Assembly: GCA_048416615.1 (NCBI GenBank)
Contig: DBFSET010000008.1
Span: 48,206-112,205 of the forward strand
Origin: Collinsella sp.
Lineage (GTDB): Bacteria > Actinomycetota > Coriobacteriia > Coriobacteriales > Coriobacteriaceae
Direction of reading: 5' to 3'
Length of the DNA: 64,000 bases
Positions 25,865 to 35,259 of the stretch are shown one piece after another. Every line of letters starts with the position of its first letter. The stretch's first letter is position 1. Made by a program: the position numbers and the translations under genes. The notes under the pieces are model-generated. The model worked only from the letters and a program-made list of their open reading frames with translations. It did not search any database and had not been told where the DNA came from.

Positions 25865-26574
25865 TACTGACCCCTCCTCTCGGAGTTACGACGACGAGGA
25901 CGGGAAGAGCCCTCGAGTGCAGGGTTGGGAACTGGCTGGCCCGGGAGCTTCTCGCCCAGGTAGATCCAGACCTTCACGCCGCAAGCGCCCATGGTGGTGC
26001 TGGCGACAGCCGTGCCGTAGTCGATCTTGGCACGGAGGGTGTGCAGAGGCACGCGACCCTCGCGGTACCACTCACGACGGCCCATCTCGGCGCCGCCGAG
26101 ACGACCGGAGCACTGGATACGGATGCCCTTAGCGCCGGCCTTGCGGGCGGACTGGACAGCCTTGCGCATAGCGCGACGGAAGGCAACGCGGCCCTCGAGC
26201 TGCTCGGCGATAGACTGAGCAACGAGGTTGGCGTCGAGCTCGGGGCGCTTGATCTCGACAACGTCGACGGAGAGCTGGCCCTTGGAGACGCCAGCGACCT
26301 TCTCGAGCTCGGTACGGAGGGTATCGATCTCGGCACCCTTCTTACCGATGACAACGCCGGGGCGAGCGGTGAGGATGATGACCTTCACCTTGTCGCCAGC
26401 GCGCTCGATCTCGACGCGGGAGACAGCTGCGCGGGAAAGACGCTTCTCGAGGTACTTGCGGATCTCGAGATCGTTACCGAGGGTCTTAGCGTAATCCTTC
26501 TCTGCGAACCAGCGGGAGCGCCAGTTCTCGGTAATGCCAAGACGGAAGCCGGTGGGGTAGACTTTCTGACCCAT
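25864..26574 (-). CDS. rpsC: 30S ribosomal protein S3
   Basis: [29 protein letters not shown]... Confidence 0.98.
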   Translation of the reverse strand: MGQKVYPTGFRLGITENWRSRWFAEKDYAKTLGNDLEIRKYLEKRLSRAAVSRVEIERAGDKVKVIILTARPGVVIGKKGAEIDTLRTELEKVAGVSKGQLSVDVVEIKRPELDANLVAQSIAEQLEGRVAFRRAMRKAVQSARKAGAKGIRIQCSGRLGGAEMGRREWYREGRVPLHTLRAKIDYGTAVASTTMGACGVKVWIYLGEKLPGQPVPNPALEGSSRPRRRNSERRGQ

Positions 26575-26580
26575 ACAGCT

Positions 26581-26952
26581 TTACGCCTCCTTTCGAGGAG
26601 CAACGACGACGGTGATGTGGGAAGTACGCTTCAGAATGCGAGAAGCGGAACCCTTGGCGCGGGGACGGATGCGCTTAAGCGTCGGACCCTCGTCAACATA
26701 GGCAGCGGCGACAACCAGGTTGTCGGCACGCAGACCGTTGTTGTTCTCGGCGTTCGCAACGGCGGAACGGAGAACCTTCTCGACATCCACGGCGACGGCG
26801 CGGTCGCAGAAGTGGAGGATGTCGAAGGCCTGAGCGACAGGCTTGCGGCGGATCAGATCGACCACCAGGCGGGCCTTGCTGGGGGAAACACGCACGTACT
26901 TAGCGACGGCGCGAACCTCGGTGGCCTCAGTTTCAATAGACTTAGTTGCCAT
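26581..26952 (-). CDS. rplV: 50S ribosomal protein L22
   Basis: [34 protein letters not shown]... Confidence 0.97.
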   Translation of the reverse strand: MATKSIETEATEVRAVAKYVRVSPSKARLVVDLIRRKPVAQAFDILHFCDRAVAVDVEKVLRSAVANAENNNGLRADNLVVAAAYVDEGPTLKRIRPRAKGSASRILKRTSHITVVVAPRKEA

Positions 26953-26966
26953 TTACGGTTAACCCC

Positions 26967-27227
26967 CTATTTGGCCTTGTGGCCACGGAACGTACGAGTC
27001 GGCGCGAACTCGCCGAGCTTGTGACCAACCATGGACTCGGTAACATACACGGGCACATGCTTGCGGCCGTCGTGGACGGCGATGGTGTGACCAACCATCT
27101 CGGGGAAGATGGTGGACGCGCGGGACCAGGTCTTCACGACGTCCTTCTTGCCAGCCTCGTTCATCGCGGTGATACGCGAGAGAAGGCGAGTCTCCACGAA
27201 CGGGCCCTTTTTGAGACTTCTGCTCAT
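26967..27227 (-). CDS. rpsS: 30S ribosomal protein S19
   Basis: [19 protein letters not shown]...[23 protein letters not shown]. Confidence 0.98.
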   Translation of the reverse strand: MSRSLKKGPFVETRLLSRITAMNEAGKKDVVKTWSRASTIFPEMVGHTIAVHDGRKHVPVYVTESMVGHKLGEFAPTRTFRGHKAK

Positions 27228-27259
27228 AAGTGCTTTCTCCTAAAACTCGGTATCCGAAA

Positions 27260-28090
27260 TTACTTCTTACGGCGACGAATGATGTGCTGGTTCGAGACCT
27301 TCTTCTTCTTGCGCGTACGAAGGCCCTTCGTCGGCTTACCCCAGGGGGTAACGGAGGGACGACCAGAGGTGTGGTTCTTGCCCTCGCCACCGCCGTGCGG
27401 GTGGTCGACAGGGTTCATGACGGTACCGCGGACGGTCGGGCGCACGTTCATGTGACGCTTACGGCCGGCCTTGCCGATGACGATGTTGGAGTGATCGGCG
27501 TTGCCGACCTCACCGACGGTGGCGCGGCAGGTAACGAGGATGCGGCGCATCTCGGAGGAAGGCATACGGACGATAGCGTACTTGCCCTCCTTACCCATCA
27601 GCTGGCAGGAGTTACCGGCGGAACGGGCGATAGCAGCGCCCTTGCCCGGCTGGAACTCGACGGCGTGGATGAGCGTACCGACGGGGATGTCGGCGAGGGG
27701 CAGAGCGTTGCCCGGCTTGATGTCGGCGTCAGAACCGGACATGATGGTCTGACCGACCTCGAGGCCCTTGGGGGCCAGGATGTAGCGCTTCTCACCGTCA
27801 GCGTAGTGCAGCAGAGCGATGCGAGCGGAACGGTTCGGATCGTACTCGATCGTGGCAACCTTGGCGGGCACGCCGTCCTTGTTGCGCTTGAAGTCGATCA
27901 CGCGGTAACGACGCTTCACGCCGCCGCCCTGGTGGCGGGTGGTGATGCGGCCGTTGTTGTTACGACCGGCCTTCTTGGGCAGGGGCTCGAGAAGAGACTT
28001 CTCGGGCTTGGTGCAGGTGATCTCGGAGAAGTCGGAGATCGTCTGCCAACGCCTACCAGCGGAGGTCGGCTTAAGGTGCTTTACAGCCAT
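27260..28090 (-). CDS. rplB: 50S ribosomal protein L2
   Basis: The ORF track extends to 28165. The conserved N-terminus [14 protein letters not shown] is Met26, so the start is 28090. ...HPHGGGEGK present. Confidence 0.97.
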   Translation of the reverse strand: MAVKHLKPTSAGRRWQTISDFSEITCTKPEKSLLEPLPKKAGRNNNGRITTRHQGGGVKRRYRVIDFKRNKDGVPAKVATIEYDPNRSARIALLHYADGEKRYILAPKGLEVGQTIMSGSDADIKPGNALPLADIPVGTLIHAVEFQPGKGAAIARSAGNSCQLMGKEGKYAIVRMPSSEMRRILVTCRATVGEVGNADHSNIVIGKAGRKRHMNVRPTVRGTVMNPVDHPHGGGEGKNHTSGRPSVTPWGKPTKGLRTRKKKKVSNQHIIRRRKK

Positions 28091-28269
28091 TACAATCCCT
28101 TTCAATAGGAATCCGTTAGCCATCGCAGACAGGGATTCGAGGTTCTGCCTCGGGTGCGATGACACCGGACGTATACACGGCTCCGGGCGTGTCCATTTTA
28201 TACGCCCAAAACCTTGAGCTCTCGCCTCCCCTATTTGGGAGGCATGAGCTCACTCAACAGCAGCGAGTC

Positions 28270-28557
28270 TTAGGCCTGGTTGCCAAAGACCTCGATGGTG
28301 TCGCCCTCGGCCAGCGTGACGATGGCCTTCTTCCAAGAACGGGTCTTGCCGGCGACATAGCGCACGCGCTTGGTCTTGGGCTTGACCGTCAGGGTGTTCA
28401 CGCGAACGACCTTGACGCCGAAGATCTCCTCGACAGCGTCCTTGATCTGATACTTGTTAGCATCCTTGGCGACCTCGAACGTGTACTTGTTCTGCTCCAT
28501 GCCGGAGAAGGAACGCTCGGACACGATCGGACGGATGATGATCTCGTGGGCGGTCAT
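28270..28557 (-). CDS. rplW: 50S ribosomal protein L23
   Basis: IIRPIVSERSFSGMEQNKYTFEVAKDANKYQIKDAVEEIFGVKV. Confidence 0.97.
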   Translation of the reverse strand: MTAHEIIIRPIVSERSFSGMEQNKYTFEVAKDANKYQIKDAVEEIFGVKVVRVNTLTVKPKTKRVRYVAGKTRSWKKAIVTLAEGDTIEVFGNQA

Positions 28558-29184
28558 TTAAGCAAGCACCTCCCCGAAGTGAGCGGCGATGTCGGCGGGC
28601 ATCAGCACGGCGTTGTTGTTGACGAGATCGTAGGTGTTGGCCTCGTCGGCAGTGATGATGAACGTCTTGGGAATGTTGCGGAACGACAGGTAGGCGTTGA
28701 CGTCCTCATCGCGAACGATGATGGTCAGACGCTTGCCCTCAAGGCCGAGAGCCTTGAGCATGGCAACGGCAGCCTTGGTGGAAGGCTTCTCGAAGCCGTA
28801 GTCGTCGACGAGCACAAGCTCGCCATCGGCCAGCTTGGCGGACAGCGCAGAGCGCATAGCCAGCTTGACCTCCTTGTTGTTCATACGCTTAGCGTAGGAA
28901 CGGGGCTTGGGGGCGAAGACAACGCCACCGTGACGCCACTGGGCAGCACGGATGGAACCCTGGCGGGCACGGCCGGTGCCCTTCTGACGCCAAGGCTTCT
29001 TGCCGCCACCGGAAACCTCAGAGCGGCCCTTAGCGGACTGGGTGCCCTGACGCCAAGAGGCCATCTGGCACTTGACGATGTGGTGCATAACGTGGATGTT
29101 CGGCTCGATGCCGTACACCTCAGCGGCGAGCTCGGCCTCGGCGACCTTCTTGCCCTCGCTGTTCTTTACTTCAAACTTTGCCAT
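28558..29184 (-). CDS. rplD: 50S ribosomal protein L4
   Basis: ...GGGKKPWRQKGTGRARQGSIRAAQWRHGG... Confidence 0.97.
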   Translation of the reverse strand: MAKFEVKNSEGKKVAEAELAAEVYGIEPNIHVMHHIVKCQMASWRQGTQSAKGRSEVSGGGKKPWRQKGTGRARQGSIRAAQWRHGGVVFAPKPRSYAKRMNNKEVKLAMRSALSAKLADGELVLVDDYGFEKPSTKAAVAMLKALGLEGKRLTIIVRDEDVNAYLSFRNIPKTFIITADEANTYDLVNNNAVLMPADIAAHFGEVLA

Positions 29185-29230
29185 TTAAGTGTTCTCCTTG
29201 GTATGACGCTGGGCTAAATGGGCTGGGCCC

Positions 29231-29851
29231 TTAGGCCATACGGATGGCGACGAGACCATTCTTGGCACCCGGGACAGCGCCCTTGACCAAGATGAGGTTC
29301 TGCTCGGCATCGATGCGGACAACGGAAAGGTTCTTGACGGTAACGCGCTCATTACCCATGTGACCGGCCATCTTGACGCCCTTGAGGACGCGCGCAGGAT
29401 AGGCGCACTGACCGATAGAACCGGGGTGACGCTGGAAGTGAGAACCATGCGTCATAGGACCGCGGCGCTGACCCCAGCGCTTGATGCGACCCTGGAAGCC
29501 CTTACCCTTGGAGGTACCGATGACGTCGACCTTCTCGACATCAGCGAAATCAGCGACGGTGACGACCTCGCCGACCTTGTGCTCCTCGCCGTTCTCGACG
29601 CGGACCTCACGAAGGAAACGGACAGGCTCGACGCCAGCCTTGGCGAAGTGACCAGCCATGGGCTTGTTCACGTTCTTGGCCTTGATGTCGCCGAAACCGA
29701 TCTGGACGGCGTCATAGCCGTCGGTTGCCTGAGTTTTAACCTGCGAGACAGCGCAGGGGCCAGCCTGGATGACCGTGACGGGAACGACGTTGTCGTCCTC
29801 GTCCCAAACCTGGGTCATGCCAATCTTGCGGCCGAGAATCATGCTGATCAA
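29231..29851 (-). CDS. rplC: 50S ribosomal protein L3
   Basis: M(TTG)[20 protein letters not shown]...; the alternative ATG start is at 29842. Confidence 0.96.
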   Translation of the reverse strand: MISMILGRKIGMTQVWDEDDNVVPVTVIQAGPCAVSQVKTQATDGYDAVQIGFGDIKAKNVNKPMAGHFAKAGVEPVRFLREVRVENGEEHKVGEVVTVADFADVEKVDVIGTSKGKGFQGRIKRWGQRRGPMTHGSHFQRHPGSIGQCAYPARVLKGVKMAGHMGNERVTVKNLSVVRIDAEQNLILVKGAVPGAKNGLVAIRMA

Positions 29852-30104
29852 GATATGATCCCAACTCTCGCGTGGTCTTGGGACAATGCGTACACCACCG
29901 AGCGTACGCCCCTAGAGGACCACTACTTACACGACGTGCTCCCCAGCCTTGTATTGCGTCCGGACTACCTGACAACCCTATTAAGCAGGCATTTTGTCCA
30001 GCCAGAATACTCCCCTGGTTTCACACAGCTGTTTAGTATACACGGCTGCGGGCGTATCCATCGAGATTCATATTTCACTCACATTGTTTACGCAGGTAAA
30101 GTGC

Positions 30105-30279
30105 GTGGCACGTTCCCAGTGTGCGGCGGAGGGGGCGGGCCTGAGACATATTAAGGTTGCTGCTCTACAGTCCTGCTCACGACGGAGAGCACATTAAGTG
30201 CTCTCCTGTTCGTGCGGAACTCGCGACAACCTTAATATGTCTCAGGCCCGCCCCCTCCGCCGCACACTGGGAACGCCAC
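30105..30279. repeat. long-stem hairpin element, copy 1 of 3 (49-bp perfect arms + 67-nt conserved core)
   Basis: Arms 30111-30159 and 30227-30275 are perfectly complementary. The core 30160-30226 (CTGCTCTACAGTCCTGCTCACGACGGAGAGCACATTAAGTGCTCTCCTGTTCGTGCGGAACTCGCGA) is homologous to 47434-47500 and 60397-60460. Confidence 0.92.
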
Positions 30280-30318
30280 GTTGATGTCTGCTTAACTCTG
30301 CTCGCTCAGCTAATTACT

Positions 30319-30936
30319 TTATTGGGGGTCCACTATTTGCTGGAGGGTGAACTTGCATTGCATTGGCTCGCCTTCTGCTTGTGGCTTTGCCTCATCGAAA
30401 TCGAAGATCATGATGGCGCAGTTGGGGAGTTTTGTTGGGAGCTCGAAGCCCTCTGGGGCTGCAGCCTTGATGAATTGGCGGCTGGCGCTGCCGTGGCTTA
30501 CTGCTAGGAGGGTTTCTATGCCCTCGGCGCCCATGAGATTGGTGAGGGTGGCTACCATGCGTTCTTGCAACGCTTTGCTTCCCTCTCCTCCAAAGGGGAC
30601 CAGATCTTCGCCTGGATCCCAGACGTCGGTGGGCAGCGCGTCGTGCGGGCCTTCCTCGAAGGTTCCATAGCAGCGCTCGATGATGCCTTCGCAGGGCTCG
30701 ACTGCTGCGTCCGCGCCAAGGAGTTCGGTTGCGACGAGCTGAGCTGTGTCCATGGCTCGACCCAAAGGCGACGAGACCACTTTGTCGGGGACAACGTCGT
30801 GGGCCTTGAGCCATGCGGCTGCCATTCCCGCTTGTTTGCGGCCAAGGTCGGTCAGCGGCGAATCGCAGCGGCCCTGGACCAGCTTTATAACGTTGAATTC
30901 CGTCTGGCCGTGGCGGAGTAGATATAGACGCTTCAT
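30319..30936 (-). CDS. histidine phosphatase (phosphoglycerate mutase-like) family protein
   Basis: MKRLYLLRHGQTEFNVIKLVQGRCDSPLTDLGRKQA: RHG catalytic motif; 205 aa. Confidence 0.9.
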   Translation of the reverse strand: MKRLYLLRHGQTEFNVIKLVQGRCDSPLTDLGRKQAGMAAAWLKAHDVVPDKVVSSPLGRAMDTAQLVATELLGADAAVEPCEGIIERCYGTFEEGPHDALPTDVWDPGEDLVPFGGEGSKALQERMVATLTNLMGAEGIETLLAVSHGSASRQFIKAAAPEGFELPTKLPNCAIMIFDFDEAKPQAEGEPMQCKFTLQQIVDPQ

Positions 30937-30975
30937 ATTCTCCCCTTCTGTATAACTTGCTTTGCAGGCGCAGCC

Positions 30976-32136
30976 CTACTCGTGGGTATGGCCTACGTAG
31001 TCTTCGTCGATCGTAATCTTGGCAATCGACTTGGGGTATTCCGATTCGACTCGTTGTGCCAGCGCGTGCTTTACGTCTTCGGCGCTCATCGCCAAATCCG
31101 AGGGGCGCACGCAGTCGAAAATCACATTGGTGTGCGTAGGACCCGGCACACAGCGCAGGTCATGAATCGAGAGGCGACTATCGATCTCCTGAGCCATTGC
31201 GTTAATGCGCAAACGCATGCTCGCCACCTTGGGATCGTCGGTCACGATGGGATCGTAATGGAGCGTGACAATCATGCCGTCCTCGTCCCTAAACGCCTGC
31301 TCGATGTTATCGAGCGTGTCGTGACTTTCCATCGGGCTGGCTTCGGCCGCCATCTCGGCGTGAGCGCTTGCGAACTTCCTGCCCGGGCCATAGTCGTGAA
31401 CCATCAGATCGTGAACGCCCAAAACGCCGGGATAGCTCATGATCTTGTCTCGAATGTGCTTGACCAGCTTAGGATCGGGCGTCTGGCCCAAAAGCGGGCT
31501 CACCGTATCCTGGATGAGTTCAAAACCGCTCCAGCCAATATAGGCACCAACGGCAAGGCCGACCCAAGCGTCAAGGTTGATGCCCGTCACCTGCGAAACA
31601 ATTGCGCACGCCAGCACGGCGCCCGTGGCAAGGACATCGTTCTTGGAATCCTGCGCGGTCGCATGCAGCGTCTCGGACTCAATGCGATCGCCGAGCTTTT
31701 GGTTGAGGGCCGCCATCCAGAGCTTTACGACCATCGAAAGCACTAGAACTGCCACCAGGGCAAGCGAGAACTCGACAGGTTCGGGGTGGATGACGCGCTC
31801 GACCGAGGACTTCACCAGCTCAACGCCAATCAGCAGCACGAGTGCCGCCACGACCAGACCCGAGAGATACTCGTAGCGACCGTGGCCGTAAGGATGCTCG
31901 GGGTCGGCCGGCTTGCTCGCCAGCTTAAAGCCCAGCACGCTCACGATATTCGAGCTGGCATCGGACAGGTTGTTCATGGCATCCGCCACAATCGAAACCG
32001 ATCCCGAAACCACACCAATTGCACCCTTCGCAGCACAAAGCGCAACATTGACGACAATACACACCATGCCAGCTAACGTGCCCACACGCGCACGATCGCC
32101 CTGTGCGCGCCTAACAATCCACTCGACCATCTGCAT
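30976..32136 (-). CDS. cation diffusion facilitator (CDF) family metal efflux transporter
   Basis: 386 aa. IVADAMNNLSDASSNIVSVLGFKLASKPADPEHPYGHGRYEYL is the CDF signature region. Six TM segments plus a cytoplasmic C-terminal domain. Confidence 0.9.
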   Translation of the reverse strand: MQMVEWIVRRAQGDRARVGTLAGMVCIVVNVALCAAKGAIGVVSGSVSIVADAMNNLSDASSNIVSVLGFKLASKPADPEHPYGHGRYEYLSGLVVAALVLLIGVELVKSSVERVIHPEPVEFSLALVAVLVLSMVVKLWMAALNQKLGDRIESETLHATAQDSKNDVLATGAVLACAIVSQVTGINLDAWVGLAVGAYIGWSGFELIQDTVSPLLGQTPDPKLVKHIRDKIMSYPGVLGVHDLMVHDYGPGRKFASAHAEMAAEASPMESHDTLDNIEQAFRDEDGMIVTLHYDPIVTDDPKVASMRLRINAMAQEIDSRLSIHDLRCVPGPTHTNVIFDCVRPSDLAMSAEDVKHALAQRVESEYPKSIAKITIDEDYVGHTHE

Positions 32137-32209
32137 CCGCCCCCACGGTACTACTTATATATCTATTGCTCAAACGGATTGTAGTGTAGCCACTTTGTCC
32201 CCCAGATAC

Positions 32210-32239
32210 AAAAAGGCCGCGCCCACACGGGCCGCGGCC
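32210..32239 (-). terminator. intrinsic terminator after the PTS EIIC gene
   Basis: Minus-strand GGCCGCGGCCC-gtgt-GGGCGCGGCC followed by TTTTTG. Confidence 0.8.
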
Positions 32240-32279
32240 TTGGAATGTGACATACGGGACTGCCCCTTTGTCGATCGAT

Positions 32280-33494
32280 TTATGCGCTTGCCTCGGCCAC
32301 GCTCTTCGAGGTTTCGGGCAAATCGGCTCCATCCCCCGCCGCCCGCCCCTTCGCCGGCACCACGCCAAAGCAGTAGCTCAGCGCCGCAGACACCGCAAAT
32401 GCCGTGCCGCCGGCAGCGCAGCACCACAGCAGGTTCGAGATGCCGCCCGTGGCAAAGCCAATGACCATGAGGACATTCGTCATGCCGATGGTATAGGCCG
32501 TAACGTGGCCCACGGCCGCAACAAGGCCTCCGACGGCGCCGCCAATGGCCATGTACGTCAGGCACCTGCCATATTTAAAGCCGCAACCGTACAGCGCCGG
32601 CTCGCTTACGCCGCCAAGAATACCCGAGATTGAATAGCCCAGCATGAGTGCCTTCTCGTCCTTATCCGCAACGCGGAGCGACGCGCCAAAGGGCATGCCC
32701 CAAACGGCGAACGTCGCCATCGTCGCGGCGATCAGGATGCACGAATCCGTTCCCACACTCATAAACTGAGCATAGGCAAGCGATAGGACAACGTTGCTGA
32801 CGCCTGCAATCTTAAGAAACTCCCAACCCGCGGCAAGCCCCATGAGCGTGAGCAGCGACACGATGCCACCGGAATTGCCAAGCATAAACATAAGCTGGCC
32901 CAACAGCATGCCCAGATAGCTGCCCGCCGGCGCCGTAATACACAGCGAAACCGGAACCATGACAAGCATGGTCGCAAACGGAACGAACGAAAACGCCACG
33001 GCCTTAGGGATAACGCGCTGAAAGAAACACTCCACTCGCCATAGCACGGGCACCGAGATGAGAACCGGAATAACAGTCGTCGTGTAATCGTTGACCGGCG
33101 CGGGAAGCAGACCATACACGGAAGTCATCGATGCCCCCGTCGTCGATGCGGCATCGACGAGCTTAAGCAGATCGGGCGCAATCAATACGCCGCCCAGCAT
33201 CATGCCTAGCTGCTCCGAGCAACCGAGCTGGCGGGCGGCCGCCCAACCAAGATAAATGGGCAAAAAGTAGTAGCCGGCGTTATAGAGCCAACTGTAGAAC
33301 AGGCGATAGATATCGGAATCGGCAGACCACAGGCCCAGCATGCCTTCGCCCATAATGACGGCGACGGTGCGGAACAACGCCGCGCAGACAATAAACGGCA
33401 GCGCCGACATCATGCTTTTGGACAGATAGTCCACCACGGCCATGGCGTTTGATGAAACCGACGTTGTAAACGAGGTGTTAGAAACTTGTAGCAT
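32280..33494 (-). CDS. PTS transporter subunit EIIC (glucose/beta-glucoside-type), no EIIB/EIIA in the window
   Basis: The ORF track extends to 33794, overlapping accDA. I start at Met101 (MLQVSNTS...) with a GAAAGG RBS. Polytopic membrane protein with the GVSEPALYG block (cf. GITEPxxFG in EIIC). Confidence 0.85.
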   Translation of the reverse strand: MLQVSNTSFTTSVSSNAMAVVDYLSKSMMSALPFIVCAALFRTVAVIMGEGMLGLWSADSDIYRLFYSWLYNAGYYFLPIYLGWAAARQLGCSEQLGMMLGGVLIAPDLLKLVDAASTTGASMTSVYGLLPAPVNDYTTTVIPVLISVPVLWRVECFFQRVIPKAVAFSFVPFATMLVMVPVSLCITAPAGSYLGMLLGQLMFMLGNSGGIVSLLTLMGLAAGWEFLKIAGVSNVVLSLAYAQFMSVGTDSCILIAATMATFAVWGMPFGASLRVADKDEKALMLGYSISGILGGVSEPALYGCGFKYGRCLTYMAIGGAVGGLVAAVGHVTAYTIGMTNVLMVIGFATGGISNLLWCCAAGGTAFAVSAALSYCFGVVPAKGRAAGDGADLPETSKSVAEASA

Positions 33495-33534
33495 GGAACG
33501 CCTTTCCCAATATGACATGCGGGCTGTCCCTTTG

Positions 33535-35259
33535 TCACATCGTGCGGTATCGACCGATTGCGCGGTACTTTTCGTAGCGGAGGTTTGTGAGGGTCGCGTC
33601 GTCGAGCTGCCCAAGCGTATCGAAGGCATCAAATGCCGAGGACATGACGGCACCGGCGATCTCCTCATGCGACAGGCCCTTATCGTCAACAATGCCGTCG
33701 ATGATGCCGAGCGCCAGCAGATCGGGGGCCGTGAGCTTAAGCGCCTCGGCGGCCTCATCCGCACGCTCGGTATCCTTCCACAGGATCGACGCACAGGCCT
33801 CGGGGCTCACGACTGAATAGGCCGAGCTCGAGAGCATCAGGATGCGGTCGGCCACGGACAGCGCCAGCGCGCCACCAGAGCCGCCCTCGCCTGTCACCAC
33901 CGAGACAATCGGTGTCTTAAGGCCGCTCATCTCCATGAGATTCTGGGCAATCGCCTCGCCCTGGCCGCGCTCCTCGGCACCGATGCCGCAAAACGCGCCC
34001 GAAGTATCGACCAGGCACAGAACCGGTCGACCAAACTTTTCGGCCTGGCGCATAAGGCGACGCGCTTTGCGGTAGCCCTCGGGATGTGCCATGCCAAAGT
34101 TGCGACGCATGCGCTCTTTGGTCGTGGTGCCGCGCTCGATGGCGATGACCGTTACGGGGCGCCCGTCTTTCCAGCCAATGCCAGCCACCACAGCGGCGTC
34201 GTCGCCAAAGTAGCGGTCGCCGTGCAGCTCCACAAATCCATCCAGGCCCAGCGAGATCATCTCGCCTGCCGTGGCGCGATCTGCCGAGCGGGTCTGTTTG
34301 ACAATCTCGAGCGCGGTTTTTGGTGCGCCCGAGCGCTTGAACAAGTGTCCCAGCTTTTTGCCGTGGCGACCCGTATGCACAATCTCGTGCGGTGCCCCCA
34401 GGCCGGGCGCGTGCCCTTCGTGCAGTGCCAGCAGCTCGCCTACCGTGAGCGCAATCTCGCCACGCGGAACAACGGCATCGCAAAAGCCGTGCTCCAGCAA
34501 AAACTCGGAGCGCTGGAATCCCTTGGGCAGGCGCTTGTGCATGTTCTGCTCGATCACGCGCGGGCCGGCAAATGCCGTCAGGGCATCGGGCTCGGCCAGG
34601 ATAATATCGCCCTCCATGGCAAAGCTCGCGGTTACGCCTCCGGTCGTGGGGTCGGTGAGCACCGTGATATACAGACCGCCCGCCTCGCTGTGGCGCCTAA
34701 CCGCCGCAGAAATCTTGGCCATCTGCATAAGCGATGTCACGCCCTCTTGCATGCGCGCGCCGCCCGAAACGGTAAAGCCGACAACTGGCAATCCAAGCTC
34801 GGTCGCTCGCTCAAATGTGCGACAGATCTTCTCGCCCACCACGGAACCCATCGAGCCCATCATAAAGTTGGCGTCCATAAAGAAGAGCGCGGTATCGCAA
34901 CCGCAGATTTTGCCCCTGCCGCACACAACGGCGTCGCGCTCGCCCGAACGCTCGCACACGCTCTTAAGCTTGTCGGCATAGCCGGGAAACGAGAGGAAGT
35001 CCTCCGACGCCAGATTGGCATCCCATTCCTCAAACGTGCCCTCGTCGACCGTCATGCGCATGCGCGCGCGACCGCTCACGCGAAAGTGTTTGCCGCAACG
35101 AGGGCAGACCTCGAGGTTGTCGTGCAGGCGTGCTTCATCGATCACGCGGCGACACTCCGGGCACTTGATAAACACGTGGCGCGCGGGAAACTCGGCGCAC
35201 GACTCGGTCATCGGCCCCTCGAGGACGTTGACCGTCTTTGCTTTTCTATTCATCAGCAT
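33535..35259 (-). CDS. accD: acetyl-CoA carboxylase carboxyltransferase, fused beta (AccD) and alpha (AccA) subunits
   Basis: 574 aa. AccD zinc ribbon CPECRRVIDEARLHDNLEVCPRCGKHFR at the N-terminus; the AccA-like half follows (GMAHPEGYRKARRLMRQAEKFGRPVLCLVDTSGA). Confidence 0.92.
   Translation of the reverse strand: MLMNRKAKTVNVLEGPMTESCAEFPARHVFIKCPECRRVIDEARLHDNLEVCPRCGKHFRVSGRARMRMTVDEGTFEEWDANLASEDFLSFPGYADKLKSVCERSGERDAVVCGRGKICGCDTALFFMDANFMMGSMGSVVGEKICRTFERATELGLPVVGFTVSGGARMQEGVTSLMQMAKISAAVRRHSEAGGLYITVLTDPTTGGVTASFAMEGDIILAEPDALTAFAGPRVIEQNMHKRLPKGFQRSEFLLEHGFCDAVVPRGEIALTVGELLALHEGHAPGLGAPHEIVHTGRHGKKLGHLFKRSGAPKTALEIVKQTRSADRATAGEMISLGLDGFVELHGDRYFGDDAAVVAGIGWKDGRPVTVIAIERGTTTKERMRRNFGMAHPEGYRKARRLMRQAEKFGRPVLCLVDTSGAFCGIGAEERGQGEAIAQNLMEMSGLKTPIVSVVTGEGGSGGALALSVADRILMLSSSAYSVVSPEACASILWKDTERADEAAEALKLTAPDLLALGIIDGIVDDKGLSHEEIAGAVMSSAFDAFDTLGQLDDATLTNLRYEKYRAIGRYRTM

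Noticed and set aside
30160-30175. TGCTCT... at the start of the element core resembles the first bases of the rrn antiterminator boxA (TGCTCTTTAACAA).
   Set aside because: Only 6 nt match. The match is on the plus strand, opposite to all neighbouring ribosomal-protein operons.
30157-30507. ORFs running through the three hairpin elements (also 47386..47688 and 60304..60549). They share a peptide-like string (..LLYSP..H.GHIK..P.RAELAT..).
   Set aside because: The shared 'peptide' is just the translation of the conserved nucleotide core. The flanking parts of these ORFs are unrelated, there is no RBS, and the ORFs run through perfectly palindromic arms. Conservation is explained at the nucleotide/structure level.
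21306-33536. Apparent recurring short motif GGGAC[A/T]G..C.CCTTTGT / CTGTCCCC. It links the 21.3-kb direct repeats, the 23.9-kb tandem repeat and the EIIC-flanking repeats.
   Set aside because: The similarity is only about 13 of 17 nt, and I found it by eye after many implicit comparisons in GC-rich DNA. That is not enough to claim one family. It would need a genome-wide motif-enrichment test.
32280-33794. N-terminally extended ORF-track versions of several genes (also 35246..36808, 10230..13352, 48771..49514, 17446..17898, 27260..28165, 41749..42765, 42804..43661, 59083..59493).
   Set aside because: The extensions are Arg/Pro/Ser-rich and unlike the protein families. They overlap upstream genes or terminators. 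Internal starts with strong Shine-Dalgarno sequences reproduce the canonical N-termini.
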